Shown here: positions 28,701 through 42,200 of the stretch, in pieces
Layout of the letters: each line of letters begins with the position of its first letter
How positions within the stretch are numbered: the first letter of the stretch is position 1
Assembly (NCBI GenBank): GCA_043228905.1
Contig: JBHGNT010000009.1
Span: 19,344,001 to 19,408,000, forward strand
Length of the DNA: 64,000 bases
Source of the DNA: Azolla caroliniana
Lineage: Eukaryota; Plantae; Polypodiophyta
Direction of reading: 5' to 3'
The notes under the pieces: generated by a model
Seen by the model: only the letters and a program-made list of their open reading frames with translations
What the model was told of the DNA's origin: nothing
Database searches by the model: none
Position numbers and translations under genes: made by a program

Positions 28701-30851
28701 AAAGCCTTAGTATCCGTAAACGAGAAGCTTAGCCGATTGACCCGTGAAAAGAACCCCGTAAGCCGTTTCGGCTACAACGATTATATGGCGTAACATTACG
28801 CCTTTACAATGAAGGTAGCGTCAGTACGGGAGCCGGAGACGCTTTCCGAAGCCGTGAAGTATCCGCGATGGGTCAATGCGATGCATGAGGAAATGGAAGC
28901 GTTATGCAAAAACGAGGCATGGGATCTCCTCCGTCACACGCCGCACAAGAAAGTGATTGGTTGTCGATGGATTTACAAAGTGAAACACAATGCCGATAGC
29001 TCCGTAAATCACGCGCAAACGCATGGCGTAGACTACGAAGAGACCTTTGCCACGGTGGCAAAGATGACCATTGTGCGTACCGTAATTGCTCTTGCAACAA
29101 CAAAAGGGTGGCACCTCCACCAGATGGATGTGAAAAACGCCTTCCTCCAAGGAGAATTAGAAGAGGAAGTATACATGATTCAACCACCCAGATTTGAATC
29201 GCGTAGCCATCCGCACATCGTATGCCGCCTCAAGAAGCCAATATACGGCCTCAAACAAGCACCCCGTGCGTGGCATTCGAAGATCACGCAGTATCTTCAT
29301 CAGATCGGATTTCGAATGTCAAAATCTGATACTTCCCTATACATCCGAATTGAGTCAGATAGCCTGATTGTCATCATCCTTTGCGTTGATGATTTGGTCA
29401 TCGGAGGAAAGGATCTCGCTGAGATTAACAAAGTCAAATCACTTCTCTTTGGCAGATTCGAAATGAAATATTTGCACAACGCCATTACTTCCTAGGCATT
29501 GAAGTAATTCAAACACCAGTCGGAATAATGAACTATCAATGGCACTATGTTCTCAACTTGCTCTACAAGTTCGGAATGACCGAATGCAAACCTGTGTCCA
29601 CTCCTCTCGATCGTAATCTCAAGATTGATGCCGATTCCGGCACATTCGTGTGCGAGTCAACTCAGTATCGTCAACTAATCGGCAACTTAATCTATCTCAC
29701 CATTACGCGACCCAATCTTAGTTATTCAGTCGGCCTATTTAGCCAATTCATGTAGAATCCGTAAAACCTTCATCTCGATTGTGCTAAGAGGATACTTTGG
29801 TATGTCAATACTACGATGGATTGTGGCATTATGTATAAGTCAAATACGACCATTCGACTCGAAGGATACACATACGCGGACTAGGCAGGTTACAAAGCGG
29901 ACAAACGATCCACATCCGGATTTGTCTTCTCCCTCGGCAGCGGAGCAATCTCCTGGAGCAATAAGAAGTAACCAACAGTCGCACTGTCGAGCACGGAAGC
30001 TGAATACAGGGGCGCAGCAGTCGCCGCATAAGAAGCTATATGGCTCAAGCGCATACTGAAGGATCTAAGCGTTCCCATTATGGATCCAATTTTCCTCTTC
30101 TGCGACAACATGAGCAGCATCTACCTCGCTTGGAACCTCATATTCCACTCGCGGACTAAACATATCGAAGTGCACTACCACTTCATCCGCAAGCGCGTAC
30201 AGGCTGGAGAAATCGATCTACAACATATTAGTATGCACCTCTAGACTGCTGATATTTTTACGAAGGCCTTAGGAGTCGACAAGGTCAGGCAATTCACATC
30301 GGATCTTGGTCTCACGATATCCACATTGCCGAGCTTGAGGGGAAGTATTGCGAGTGACACGCGCATTATACGCAATTGATCGAGTACGCAACATACAACG
30401 ATACGTGAGTACGCAACACATAGTTAATCGAACTGAGCATGAAGTCGAAGCGCCGAACAATCCAGTTCGAGGATTACGAATGCCAGAAGCTAGATTTCGA
30501 AGACCAAACCGAAACAACTTTTCGACAAATGGAAGTTGTGTTCGAAGGGGCGTGTTGAGAGTCGAACTCAACTTCCCATAGTGGTAGGTTTCACACTAGC
30601 TCATGGTCATATCAGGCTAGTTTTGTAAATAGTAGAAAGGGCACTTGCCCTAATTTAGTTGGTATTTAAACCAACCCATTGTAACTTAGTTACTATTGGA
30701 AGTATTTTGGTTAATGTAACATACAGTCTTTTATCTCTATCTTAAGTTCTCTCTCTTTCTCTCTCTCTTTTGCCTTACGTACACACACACACACACACAC
30801 ACAGAGTCCTTCCGCTGCATCTCAGTCACTCTTGCTCCTCATTTCTTTACA
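25779..30851 (+). mobile_element. Ty1/Copia LTR retrotransposon with both LTRs, decayed
   Basis: LTRs 25779-26071 and 30553-30851 (TG...CA), 5-bp TSD TTAAG, PBS TGGTATCAGAGC (tRNA-iMet type) at 26072, purine tract before the 3' LTR. Confidence 0.96.
26176..30340 (+). pseudogene. Copia gag-pol (gag, zinc knuckle, protease, integrase, RT, RNase H) with many stops and frameshifts
   Basis: CGYCGKHGHYEEEC, WFVDSGASNHMT, WHKRIGH...CEACQFGK, HQMDVKNAFLQG, YGLKQAPRAW, CVDDL, RTKHIEVHYHFIR. Confidence 0.93.
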
Positions 30852-31144
30852 TTAAGTATTTTAAAAAAACAGTTTGAATACTTGTAGAAGACTTATAATA
30901 CGTTTTCTACACGTATTTTATGCTACTATTTTACAACAATGATAGTAAGACTCAAACATTTTACCTTTTATCCCAACAAATAACCATTCCCATTTAAGCT
31001 AGGAATTATTATTATTTCACTTTTCAATTCTAGACATTCTATTCTAGCAAAGTCTTTTATGAGAGTTCTTGCTCCAAATCTTTATGTCTAGGTACTTCTC
31101 AACCTTCCCACATAATGTCACTCGATGCCATCACCATTTAAAAA

Positions 31145-31383
31145 CACCTTAAACAACCACTTAAGATGCAATGACAACGGAGTACTACTTCACAAACCGT
31201 GACTGCTCCACAGTTTGCCAATTTTGACACCTCATTTGACAAAACATGAACCTTTGAACAACTTCTAGCAACTTGTAACCACTTAAGATGCAATGACAAC
31301 ATAATACTACTTCACAAACTGTGATTGCTCCACACTTTGCCAAATTTGACACCTCATTTGACAAAACATGAACCTTTGAACAA
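31145..31383. repeat. Direct tandem duplication, 2 x ~120 bp
   Basis: AACCACTTAAGATGCAATGACAAC...CATGAACCTTTGAACAA occurs twice. Confidence 0.8.
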
Positions 31384-32748
31384 TTGTGAGGTAGTGAGAA
31401 ACAAAGAAACCACCAATGTGCTTATTGCAAGCAGCTTGTGTGATTCTTTGACCCACTAATTGGCAAAAGTTGAATCAACCCCTACAAACGTTGAATCCTC
31501 TAACAATTGCCTGGAAACTAATTGGCATACCATCACCATAGTGCAAGACGATAATGAAGGAAAACCCCTCCTTGGGTCAATGTGGCTTTTGTGCATCTAA
31601 GCAAAGTGTTTCCGTAATATGCATGGGGCCCTACACATGGAATGATGAACTCAACCAGAAGAAAAGCTAGTGGTCATAGAGTCTCGGTTCTAATATGTTA
31701 CTCCCAATGTGCACTGACATTGAGAGTCCTTACAATAGGGGGAATTCTAGCTATGTGAACAATGTACTCAGTTAGCCTTTGAACTAGAGGACGAGAAAGA
31801 AAGATCAAGTGGAAGACATATTGGAGTGTTCATGGCAATGAACTCTTAGATTGATATTTGAAATAAGAAACATTAAAATTCTCAAATTCTCTTAGATTTA
31901 CATGAGGTTGAGGTTGAGGTTTAAGTGAACACTAAAGTAAAATGTTAGAACCAATATGTTGTTGCTACTAATTTTGCCTATTGATGTTGCAACTAATTTT
32001 GTTTATTGCTCCTGCATTTAACCTTCCACACTTTTATCACTACGACCATCTTAGTTGGGACCTTGTGTTTGACCTGAATAAAGGCCTCACGAAGTGCCAA
32101 ATCGGTCTCTAGATATAGATAACCATCTTGCCCACATCTTACCAATGGCACTTTGAGATGAAGGTTGAAGTGCAATTTTTAATGAACTATAAAGGTCACT
32201 TGTAAACCTGTTTAATTAGTTCTTCTTTTCTATCTCGTTTTCAAACTCCCTTACAACATAAGCTCTCTCTTTTTCTTTTTGGTAAAACAACACAATTATA
32301 TTAATTGTATGTAAAATCCACTTAGTTACAACACTTCTTAGTCTCCTCTACCTATCATATGCCTATGTAGGGAGAGGGACGTTCTGTAATGCTACTAAAA
32401 AACCTGAATATGCATTTGAGGAAATGATCCCCAAATGCTCTAACATCCAAAAATTCCACATGAGAATACCTTTAAGCTTCTTTATATAGGCTTTCACCCC
32501 ATGTCTATTATCAAACATGAAAGCATTACGCATATTCCAATTGTGTTATAGACCCCAATAACGTAAAAATTGGAACAATATCTCCATCTCATCATTTGAT
32601 CCATTTTGAACATATTGAGAAAAAACCCATTGTTTAGGTCTCAAACAACAACGGGTTAAAATTTGCCAAATGTCCGATAAGTACTTCCAAATGGTACACG
32701 CTATAGGACATTTAATGAACCTATGTGTATTATCCTCTAATGGAACGG

Positions 32749-33525
32749 TGTCGTAGTGTATTTCGTACACTACGTGAAAAACGTATAAAATAAGCGATTG
32801 AATAAATATGAAGAAAATGAAAGAAATATCAAAATATATATTACATGTATAGGGCAAAATTCAAACCTTGTACCTCCATGGTAATAATGTAAAGCCTTAC
32901 CATTACACTAGCACATCATAAGTGTTAGAAAAGCAAATATCCCACATAGAAAGGTTTTTCGCACGCATATTTTCTAGGAAAAAAGCTTTAGTTAGAAGAA
33001 AAACGCATGATAGAAAAAAGCTACACGTGCACATCTAGCGTGCATGAACACTATAGTCGATAAAAACGCATGAGGTTAGAAAAGCATGATCACTTTTAGA
33101 AGAAGAATGTTAGAGAAAGCATATAGTCTATAGTTAGAGGAAAAGCATGGATTGCTAAGACTCTCTCATCACTATATAAGGATGGGGAGCACAATGTAAT
33201 AAGAGTGTGAAAATTTTGGAAATTGGATATATTTCTAAAAACATCAATTAATAAATTATAATCGTGGGATTCACGAAATAAACTGTACTCGTGGGATTCA
33301 CGAGGTTTCTATATCAATCTCTTTCAATCCAAATTTATATTCTTATCTTAATATTGATTAATCTAATACGATATACTTGTGGGATTCACAAGTTTCAATC
33401 TCTCTTTCTTATAATTGATTCACATTCATAACTAAACTCGTCTTAAATTCTTCCTCTTCCTAGTCCAAAACCCTAGCAGTTCCCACCTGACTCACGCAAA
33501 CGATTTGGCGCCGAAAGGCACAACA
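32749..33525. mobile_element. Probable solo LTR inserted in the LINE zinc-finger region
   Basis: TGTCGTAG...CACAACA ends, ACGG duplicated on both sides, TATA-like CTATATAAG at about 33172. Removing it restores the LINE frame. Confidence 0.7.
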
Positions 33526-34332
33526 ACGGTGCAACAGAAACAAGTGTCAGACCTTAGTCCTCGTCTCTTTAAGGCCGAACCTAATGGGATCCCACCAATC
33601 ATGACTCTCCATATGAATACCTTTGCACGAAATGGTAGATGGGAATGCCAACCACGTTATAATATTTTCCACCACCTTGCATCTGAATTATATACATTCC
33701 ACAACTTCGTTGTTTTAGGAGATAACCAAGATAATGATGCCATCGCATGATGATACAATATATTTGTAGTGACTTGTAATAAGCATGTACCATCTTGTAC
33801 CCGCAAATCTACCCAAGGTGCAAAATTAGTTTTCAATGGCAAAGATCCTTGCAACAATGGTATATCATGTAATTTCTCCCAAATAAATCCATAATTTGGG
33901 GGAATACATAACCATCTCTTGGCATCTTCAAAATCCGACAACCTTTGAGATTCATTATCAACCACATCTTCCAAATGTACAATCCCCAATTGAAATAAAC
34001 GATTGAATTGAGATCTCAACTTCTCTTTCCCATGCCAAAACAACACTCAAGAAGAAACAAACAATTTGTTTTGTAATGAATTACAATATTCTCGATCACT
34101 TGATGGTCCCCATTCAAAAAGAGATAATGCATCTTGCCACAATCTTACCAAATGTTGTCCACATACAGAATGTCGAATCTTTAGAGAAATACTTCCATTC
34201 AGTAGTGACCACCATGATGCTTGAATCTTTGTTTTCCCATGCACCAATCCTTCATGCTCAATAAAATATTGCATCATAGATATCCATGGTTAATCTTGTT
34301 GACATATATCTCGTAATAATGTAAATCTACGA

Positions 34333-35986
34333 TGTCGTGAAGATTTTCGGCTACATTGAGAAACTCAGGTGGGACAAATAAAATGGGGATGTGCAACATT
34401 GCACATACACTTGTAAATTTGTATAATGAGAAAAATATAACAAAATGTAAGGGGAAGGGTAATAATCTAAGGTGCTAAAGGTGCACCATAAGGTTCGTAG
34501 AGGCATAAAGGTGATGTGCACTTTGTAGACTAGAGGAAAGTACATGAAAAGAAAGGATGGAAAGGATGTATAGAAGCTCGTGTAAAAAGTAAGAGAGAGG
34601 AGAGATAAAAGGTAGAGGGGAGACAGGCTAAGAATTTATAGAGATAGAATTATATATTATATAAGAGAGAGTTAATGGGCTTGTGGATAGTCACATTGAC
34701 TTCTAGTTAGAGGTGCACAGTTCAAATCTAGTCTTACAATGCAATGTGATTTAAGGGATTTAATTCCTTTTTGCATTAAAGACAAAATTGGCGACCCCCC
34801 TTCCTTTTTTCCTATAAAAGGAGGTCGAGGGGGGCTCATTTGGAGGACGTTTTGGGAGGAGAAGACTATCTCCATTTTTCCTTCAAAGCTCTTCATCTTC
34901 TTCTTCACCACTTCTCTTCATCTCATACCCCTTCATCCCCTCATCGCCACGTGCTCATCTTTTTCGCTTCAACACTCGAAGTGCTCGTGAGCCCAAGCTT
35001 CGTTGGTTCGACATTGCTTCGCCCCGTTCGTCGTTGCAAGCCCATGTGCTCGCCGTTCGGGTGGTCGTGGTTCGTTGGCGTTGGCATTTTGGTGGTGCTC
35101 GTGTGTTCATCTTCGTCGTGTTCGGATTTGCTCTTGTCTCTAAGGGCATTTAGTATTTATGTTTTGATTGAGCTGGTGGTTAACTAGAAGTTTCCATTGT
35201 AATCAAACCGTATTTTATAAAGGGGCCTTTTGCGTTGGAATCGAACACGTATTTACTTCTTTGGCCGATATCATTTGTGTTTCTTTCCTTCTTTCTTTCT
35301 TTCTTGTTCATGTCTTCCTTGTACGTTCGGTCGTCTTATGACGAGGGAGCGTTTCGGGCGTGCCCATGCACCTCTCCTCCTCATAAAGACGTACAGGCAT
35401 TCGTGTTTGTGTTATCGTCCCCTTGTGTGTTCATCTTACACGCTCATCTTTGCTTGTACCCGTTTGATCACTTGGCTCGTGCAGTGATCTCGAAAGGTCC
35501 ACTAGTCGTGATCAACGAAAGCCATCGACCTCACAAAGCAAAGGGCAACGAGCCCTTGCTCGGGAAGGGTTTGTAGAGTGGGTTCGTAGAGAGGATTCGT
35601 AGAGTGGATTCGTAGAGAGGGTTCATAGAGAGGATTCGTAGAGTGGGTTCATAGAGTGGGTTCGTAGAGAGGATTTGTAGAGTGGGTTTGTAGAGTGAAT
35701 TCGTAGAGAGGGTTCGTAGAGAGGGTTCGTAGAGTGGATTCGTAGAGTGGGTTCGTAGAGTGAGTTCGTAGAGTGAGTTCGTAGAGAGGATTCGTAGAGA
35801 GAATTCGTAGAGAGAATTCGTAGAGAGAATTCGTAGAGAGGATTCGTAGAGTGGGTTCGAAGAGTGCTTTATATTTATAAGATTTAAAATAAATAAATAA
35901 ATAAATATTTATCCCTTGAGTACTCCCTAGTCCAAGACCCCCTATGGTCCCGCCCAAGTAACACGCGCGCGCGAAACTTCGCGACA
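34333..35986. mobile_element. Probable solo LTR (~1.65 kb) inserted in LINE ORF2
   Basis: Inverted ends TGTCGTGAAGATTTTCG / CGAAACTTCGCGACA, flanks ACGA / ACAA, TATA-like CCTATAAAAGG at about 34811. Removal restores LINE ...HLMARRFTLLRDM. Confidence 0.75.
35572..35866. repeat. 13-bp minisatellite (consensus GTAGAG(A/T)GG(A/G)TTC), about 22 copies
   Basis: Directly visible tandem units inside the solo LTR. Confidence 0.9.
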
Positions 35987-38900
35987 ACAAGCCATCAAAT
36001 GCCTTTCCAAATCCAATATTGCTGCACCACCTAACCTTTTAGGAGTAGCCAAATGGTCGCATGAAATCCATGTAACTCCCATCATTTCTCCCTTCCGCCA
36101 CAACATGAACCGAATAGGTTGTAACATGCTTTGTAATGCCTTCTTAGTCCAAGGAAGTAAAGGCAAAAAATATAATAACATGGGTATCAAGATACATTGC
36201 ACAACTTTAAGTCGTACATGAAAGGGCCATAATTGAGACTTCCAATACATAAATTTGTCCCTGAATTTACTACCAATCCAATCAATCAATTAAACATTTG
36301 TAACATCAATGCCCAATGGATAACCCAAATGTCGATAAATTGAACCTCGTATAATCACTGACCCTCCCCATCCCAAACATTCCAAATCACTCTCCGTACA
36401 AGAAATAAGGCGAGACTTCCTCCAATTTACATACAAGCCTGATGCCGAACCAAATTGATGCCAAACTTGCATACTCCTTTTAAGATTTTCTTTTGAGGCT
36501 TGTGAAAACATAAAAGAATCATCTGCCAATGCTTGTGCTACCAATTGTCCACCAGAAGGAAGATGCAAACCCATAATATCACCATTGGCCGCAAGTTTTG
36601 ACAACATTACTAACAAAGGATGTGTAACAACAACAAATAACAATGGGCTTAGTGGACATCCTTGCCACATGGATCTAGTAAGAAACACTTTCGGAGTGAC
36701 TCCGCCATTAAGCATCACACGGGAGGTTGCATTTTACCCTAGCAAAAAGATAAGTCGACACATACGAGGACCAAACCCCATATTATACATCACACCTAAG
36801 AGGAAAGACCAATTAACATGATCATATGCTTTTCCAAATCTAATTGCACCATAACCATTTCTTGATGTGTATATCGAGCATAATCGGTCGCCATTTGAAC
36901 ATTCAAAACATTATGCAATATATTTCTACCTGTAATAAAACCATATTGAGATGGATGAATAAGTTGAGGTAAGAACTTCTTAAGTCTGTTGGATAATATC
37001 TTTGCAAACACTTTGTACAACCCTCCCATCAATGAAATAGGCCTCCATTGATGAAATGACTCCGGAGATGGTACCTTTGGTATCAATTTGATTAAGCCCA
37101 CCTTCCAGCTCTTAGGCATGAAATGAGAATCCCAACATTGTTGAAACATTTGTGTGAATGAACTCTTAAGCATGCTAGCATACTTCTTAAAAACTTCATT
37201 TGTGACACCATCCCTGCCAGGGCTTTTACCATTTGGAAGGTGTAACAATACCTTTTCCACCTCAACTTCTTCAAAATCAGCATCCAATTCTTGACAAATA
37301 TTTGTATTCCCGGCACTCCCAATTACATTATAAAACTCTTGTCGTGCTTTCAAGACATCCTCATTAATAATCAACTCTGGCCCAATCAAATTCTTAAAAT
37401 GAGTAATACATAACTTAATAACCTTGACTGGGTCTACAACAATGTCATCCGCTATCTTAATTTGTACCACATTTGATAGAAGCATATGGTGGTCTTAATC
37501 CTTGAAAAAACATATGAGATTGTGATTGATTATCCATAAATCCCTCCTTTAATTGGCGTAGTCTTGTCTCTTGATAACTTTGACAAGACAAATTCTTCAC
37601 AATGTCCTGTACTTGAACTTGAACATCCAAAAGCTCTTCATCATGTGGATTATTCATCAATAGTACATTGCACCACGTAAGAACATATGAAAACTTATCA
37701 ATCAATTTCTTATGTCTTTTAGCATTAGTCATATCATACATACGATGAATATCATTGATGTTTTGTAGTGTTGTATCTCATGCATGCCATCTTTTTGAAA
37801 TAACTTGTTCTCAAAACATGCCAAAAATTTGTTGCATATAGGCATCAAATAAAGAATGTAATAATAAAGAAGAATTAAACCTCAAAGGAACTTGTTGAAG
37901 CAATGTTTTGTACATATCTACCCCATGTTTATTAAACTCAAAACATATGGGAAAATGATCCGATGTCACAACCTCTTGCATAATTGACATATTAAGCATC
38001 TCTGGCAAAAAGGACTCATCGTGCATAACATACATTCTATCTAACCTATTCCATGTTTCCTTGTATTGCATAGACTGAAATGTAAACCCAACCTCATCTT
38101 GATGCAACCATTTCCATGCATCCAACTTCAAAACCTCTGATGCCAATTTGTCCCAAACTGCTTGCTCAGGAGAATCCATCAATGAGAAACACGTTCGCGT
38201 TCACAAGTGGAAGGATTGCGCATTCCACTTGTAGAATCTTCTTAAAACGAAGCAAATACACCCTCTCTACAATAATTGGATGCACTAGTATCACATGTTC
38301 CTCAACTTGATAAGAATTTGCAAATATAAAAATACATGATAGATCTACGAGTGGAGATCATTAGAAATCATGCAAGTTTAGACATGTTGATAAGTTAATG
38401 TATCTAAATAAAGTTCAACTATGGCTCAATATGGCACTATTGTGCGACAAGGGAAACACTAACTTAAAGACTTATATTAATTAGGTAGGTTTTACAAAAT
38501 TATGAGGTGTACTTGTATCCATACTAATAAAATGAGATATAATTTATACTTTGACCCATACGTGCATGTATGTAATTGTCGAAAATGTAGGATAGTGCAC
38601 ATTAGGATAAGTGATTGGAATAACTAACTTATTAAAGTATTCAATACTTATATTAAAAGTTGATCTAATCTATTCCTCAGTTTGTTCATATGGGATCAAA
38701 CCATATGTGTATATAATTGTGCACAATGTAAGGCAGTGAACTTTAGGATAATGTCGTGGAAATAACAAACCTATTAGGCTTTCATACCTATATTTAAAAT
38801 TGATCTACTCTATTGCTTAGGTGATTCACACAAGATCAAACTCCGAACGATAACGCAACTGGAACCATTATCAACACACTACACAATCTAAGCAGCAATG

Positions 38901-39235
38901 GAATAGAAACTAGACCTGTTTTAACAATATAAGACAAAGATCCATAATCACAACATGGACAGTCATGGCAATAATTATAGGGCCATGTTCTGTTAAGGTT
39001 AGCTTGGACCAAAATCAGCCTCCATTTAAGCTAGTTCATGTTTCTCCATAAGTTTGGTAGTCAGCTATGCACGCGGTGAAACCAATATCATAAATCTACT
39101 AATGAGGTATATAAAAATAAAATTGAAACATATAGATGATTATAAAGAATAGAATCCACTAGGTAAAACCCAAAATTTGTATTAATAATGTGAAATCTTA
39201 ACAAATCGTCAGTGTCATATTCTTTATAGAGTCTA

Positions 39236-42200
39236 TTACATAGCAATCAATTCATCTACGTCATTTTCTTCATCATCTTGTGTAGAACTGTCTTCGGCTA
39301 TACGTGCATTGGTTTCCCCTGTTAGCCGGGCCAACGAAATATCTTCTATAAGCTCATCATCAAGCTCTATTAGCTCTCCCGGTTCGCCGGCTAACGGAGG
39401 AATAGGCTCTCGCGAAGCGGGTTGAAACCTTTCTGTATTGGCGAGGTTCTTTGCACCGACCTCCTCATCCTGGTCTGGGCACTCCCACAAAGCCTTAATC
39501 CGCATATTAATAAATATAACTTGGTCCTCGTCCTTCTCCAATGCAACTGTATTCCTAAACATCTTCAATGCACATGCTGACGTAGTTCCTATGATGTAAG
39601 TAACAAGAAGATTTAGTTGTCAAACGAAAAAAGTGATTGGTTATCTCAAGATCGTTACCCTAGTTCGAGGAATACCTGTGCCAGAAAAGAGATCTAATAT
39701 CCAGTCTCCTTCGACAGAAAACATCTCGATTAAGCGCATCATAAGTCGTTGAGGTTTTTGGTATGGGTTGACAAGTCCCCGTTCTGTCGTGGTGACATGT
39801 CGCAATTTCCGAGTCACTGCTGGATATACCAACAGATTTGAACCTCCCACTTCATTAGAATGCTCTTTGATTCTCTGTTTTTTAATTTCATCGAAGTAGC
39901 CAACCGTTATGTATTCAATGGCATTAACGAACCGAAAAGTTGGCCCTCTATTTACATTGGTCTTGATCCTATAAAAAATAATTCATCGAGTTAAAAATAG
40001 ATTCAACAACCTTAAGAATTGCAATATAATGAAAGACACCTATAAATAATCCTTACCATGCAAGGTTCTCGATGCCATGGCAACGAGATCTCAAAGCTTG
40101 TGCTACCGAGTACCCTTGGTCCATACTATGAAAGACAACTATTCGCCACAAGGATGCGGTCGTTAGCTCAGCGAAATCCTTGACCATCTTCTCCAATTGT
40201 TTAAACCTAAACGGTTCATCGTCGTATGATGACCCAGCCATTCGAAATCCGTAAGGAATATCCGCAATCATTAGCGTATATTCCTTCTTTGGCACCTTCT
40301 GGATCAAGTCGATGACATCACCGCAAACCACATTGTAGTAAAGATCTCTCGTAATATCTTTCTTGTGGCTAAATTTTTTAAAGGAGCCATCTTCCTCCAT
40401 TTCGTACGCCTTGACTAAGCGACGATCCTTTTCTTTTCTGGCTCGCTCGAGATGTGCAAGGAAGGATGTAGGGAAATCGTGTATATCCTTAACTTCTCCT
40501 TGTTTCTTGCCTCGACACGGTTTCTAATAGAAGCAATAGGACATCAGGTATTATTACGCAACCTCTACATATGATGAAAGGGTAATGAAAAAATATCAAT
40601 ACTAACCCAATCCTTGAATGCAATAAAATACTCTGATAACGCCTTATACGAAGACGTTAGAGGATAATCCTCGGTCACTTGTTCCCAAGTTATACATCCA
40701 AGTTGTTTCATCATTACTTCTTGGATCTTCATGTACACCTTATGACTGTAAAATTAGAAATCAAGATTAGAACTTTGAATTACACCAGATAGACTACAAT
40801 TTCAGTATTTGAAAGACTTACTTATTGAACTCGGTGACCATTTCTTCAAGGCTTAAATCTTTCGCCACAACCCTTGACAAAACAGACACAAGAAGCTGCT
40901 CGTCCTTAATACCTTGCATCGCTCTCCATAGAGACAGCTTCATGTCGTCTGCCGCTTCTTCAATTGTCAAGTCAATTCTCTTGGCGGCTTGTGACTTTAA
41001 TTCTAGTTGAGGGTCAACCCTACATTTCTTTTGTCGTTGACCCTTTACCTCCTTATTCTCCCACATTGAGAAGATTTGATCTTGGAGGTCCCATACTTCT
41101 CCATCTCTAAACGCCAATTGAAACCAAGATTCATACTTTCGAAGACCATCGGACCTAACATTATCATCTACCACAATGCCGACTTCATGCAGACATTGAC
41201 GTCGAAGGCCTGGATGTAACTTCACACCAAACTTTTGTTTCACATCTAAATACTCGTGGTGGAAGAACCGGATACGCTCAATAGACGACATTTTCTGCCT
41301 ATAGTCATTATCATTATTATGGTCCCATGCCAACAGCTTAGCCTCTTCGGTTGTGAGCCCAACATATATTTTGCACTCGGCATACTTGAAGAAGAAAGTG
41401 GTTGGATGTTCTCTGACAAGTTGTCGACGTGCCTCTGCTGAATGCGATCCACCAATGACAAAATAATTATATTGATCATGCTTTCTGATATCAAAATCTT
41501 CAATGGTTTCACATTCTTCAGGATCCACCATAACAATAAAAGGCACCACTGTGGCATGAGGATTAATTTTCATTTTTTTCTTGAGATTTTGAACATGCAT
41601 GCGATGAGGCTCTCTAATCTCAAGTGGTCTTCGACCTGTTTTTTCATCAATAGGGGGCCGATGGATGTGTGTTATAGGCAAATTAAATACTTGCCCTTTC
41701 CTGACCAGCTTCCGTTGCATTAACTCTCTTCTTATTTTATTCTGCTCGGATGACAAAACACCCGAGGCCAGCTCGGCTCCTGGCGTCCCCTTATTATCCT
41801 CTTCTTCATTGTCACTTGTCGAATCCGTATCCGACATTTTCGTTGTCTTCTTCTTGGCTGGTCTTGACTGGACTTTGGATACCTTTTTAGTGGCCTTCAA
41901 GTGGGAGGGCTCTTCATCTCGTAGAGTTACATGGCCTTGTATATAAGGCCTCAAGGTAACAATCAGGTTTTGTGAGTTATCAAGTGCTTTTTTGAACACT
42001 TCAGGCCCACAAGATTCCTTTACTAAAAGGTCTTCTGAAAGGAACACTTTGCGTACCCCCTTGGAGCACTCTATCATTACCAGTATGTTGGCCGAATCTG
42101 CATCTTCGTAGTCAAATCGTAGAATTCGGCCATACATAAATGGAGTTTCTTTTCCTAGCTGCCCCTCACCCTTCTTCTTTGTTGTATACAATACGACTTT

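Larger units (their letters stand above)
25481..30941. mobile_element. hAT-type MITE (TATTCTACA-rich) split by the Copia insertion
   Basis: Imperfect TIR CATAGTTGTTAAAAAT / ATTTTACAACAATG and near-identical 8-bp flanks TTAGTAAG / ATAGTAAG. The same ATTCTACACG motifs occur on both sides of the Copia. Confidence 0.6.

Noticed and set aside
33504-33520. TGGCGCCG as a primer-binding site of a full LTR element
   Set aside because: It lies inside the TG...CA insert and no gag-pol follows. LINE sequence resumes immediately.
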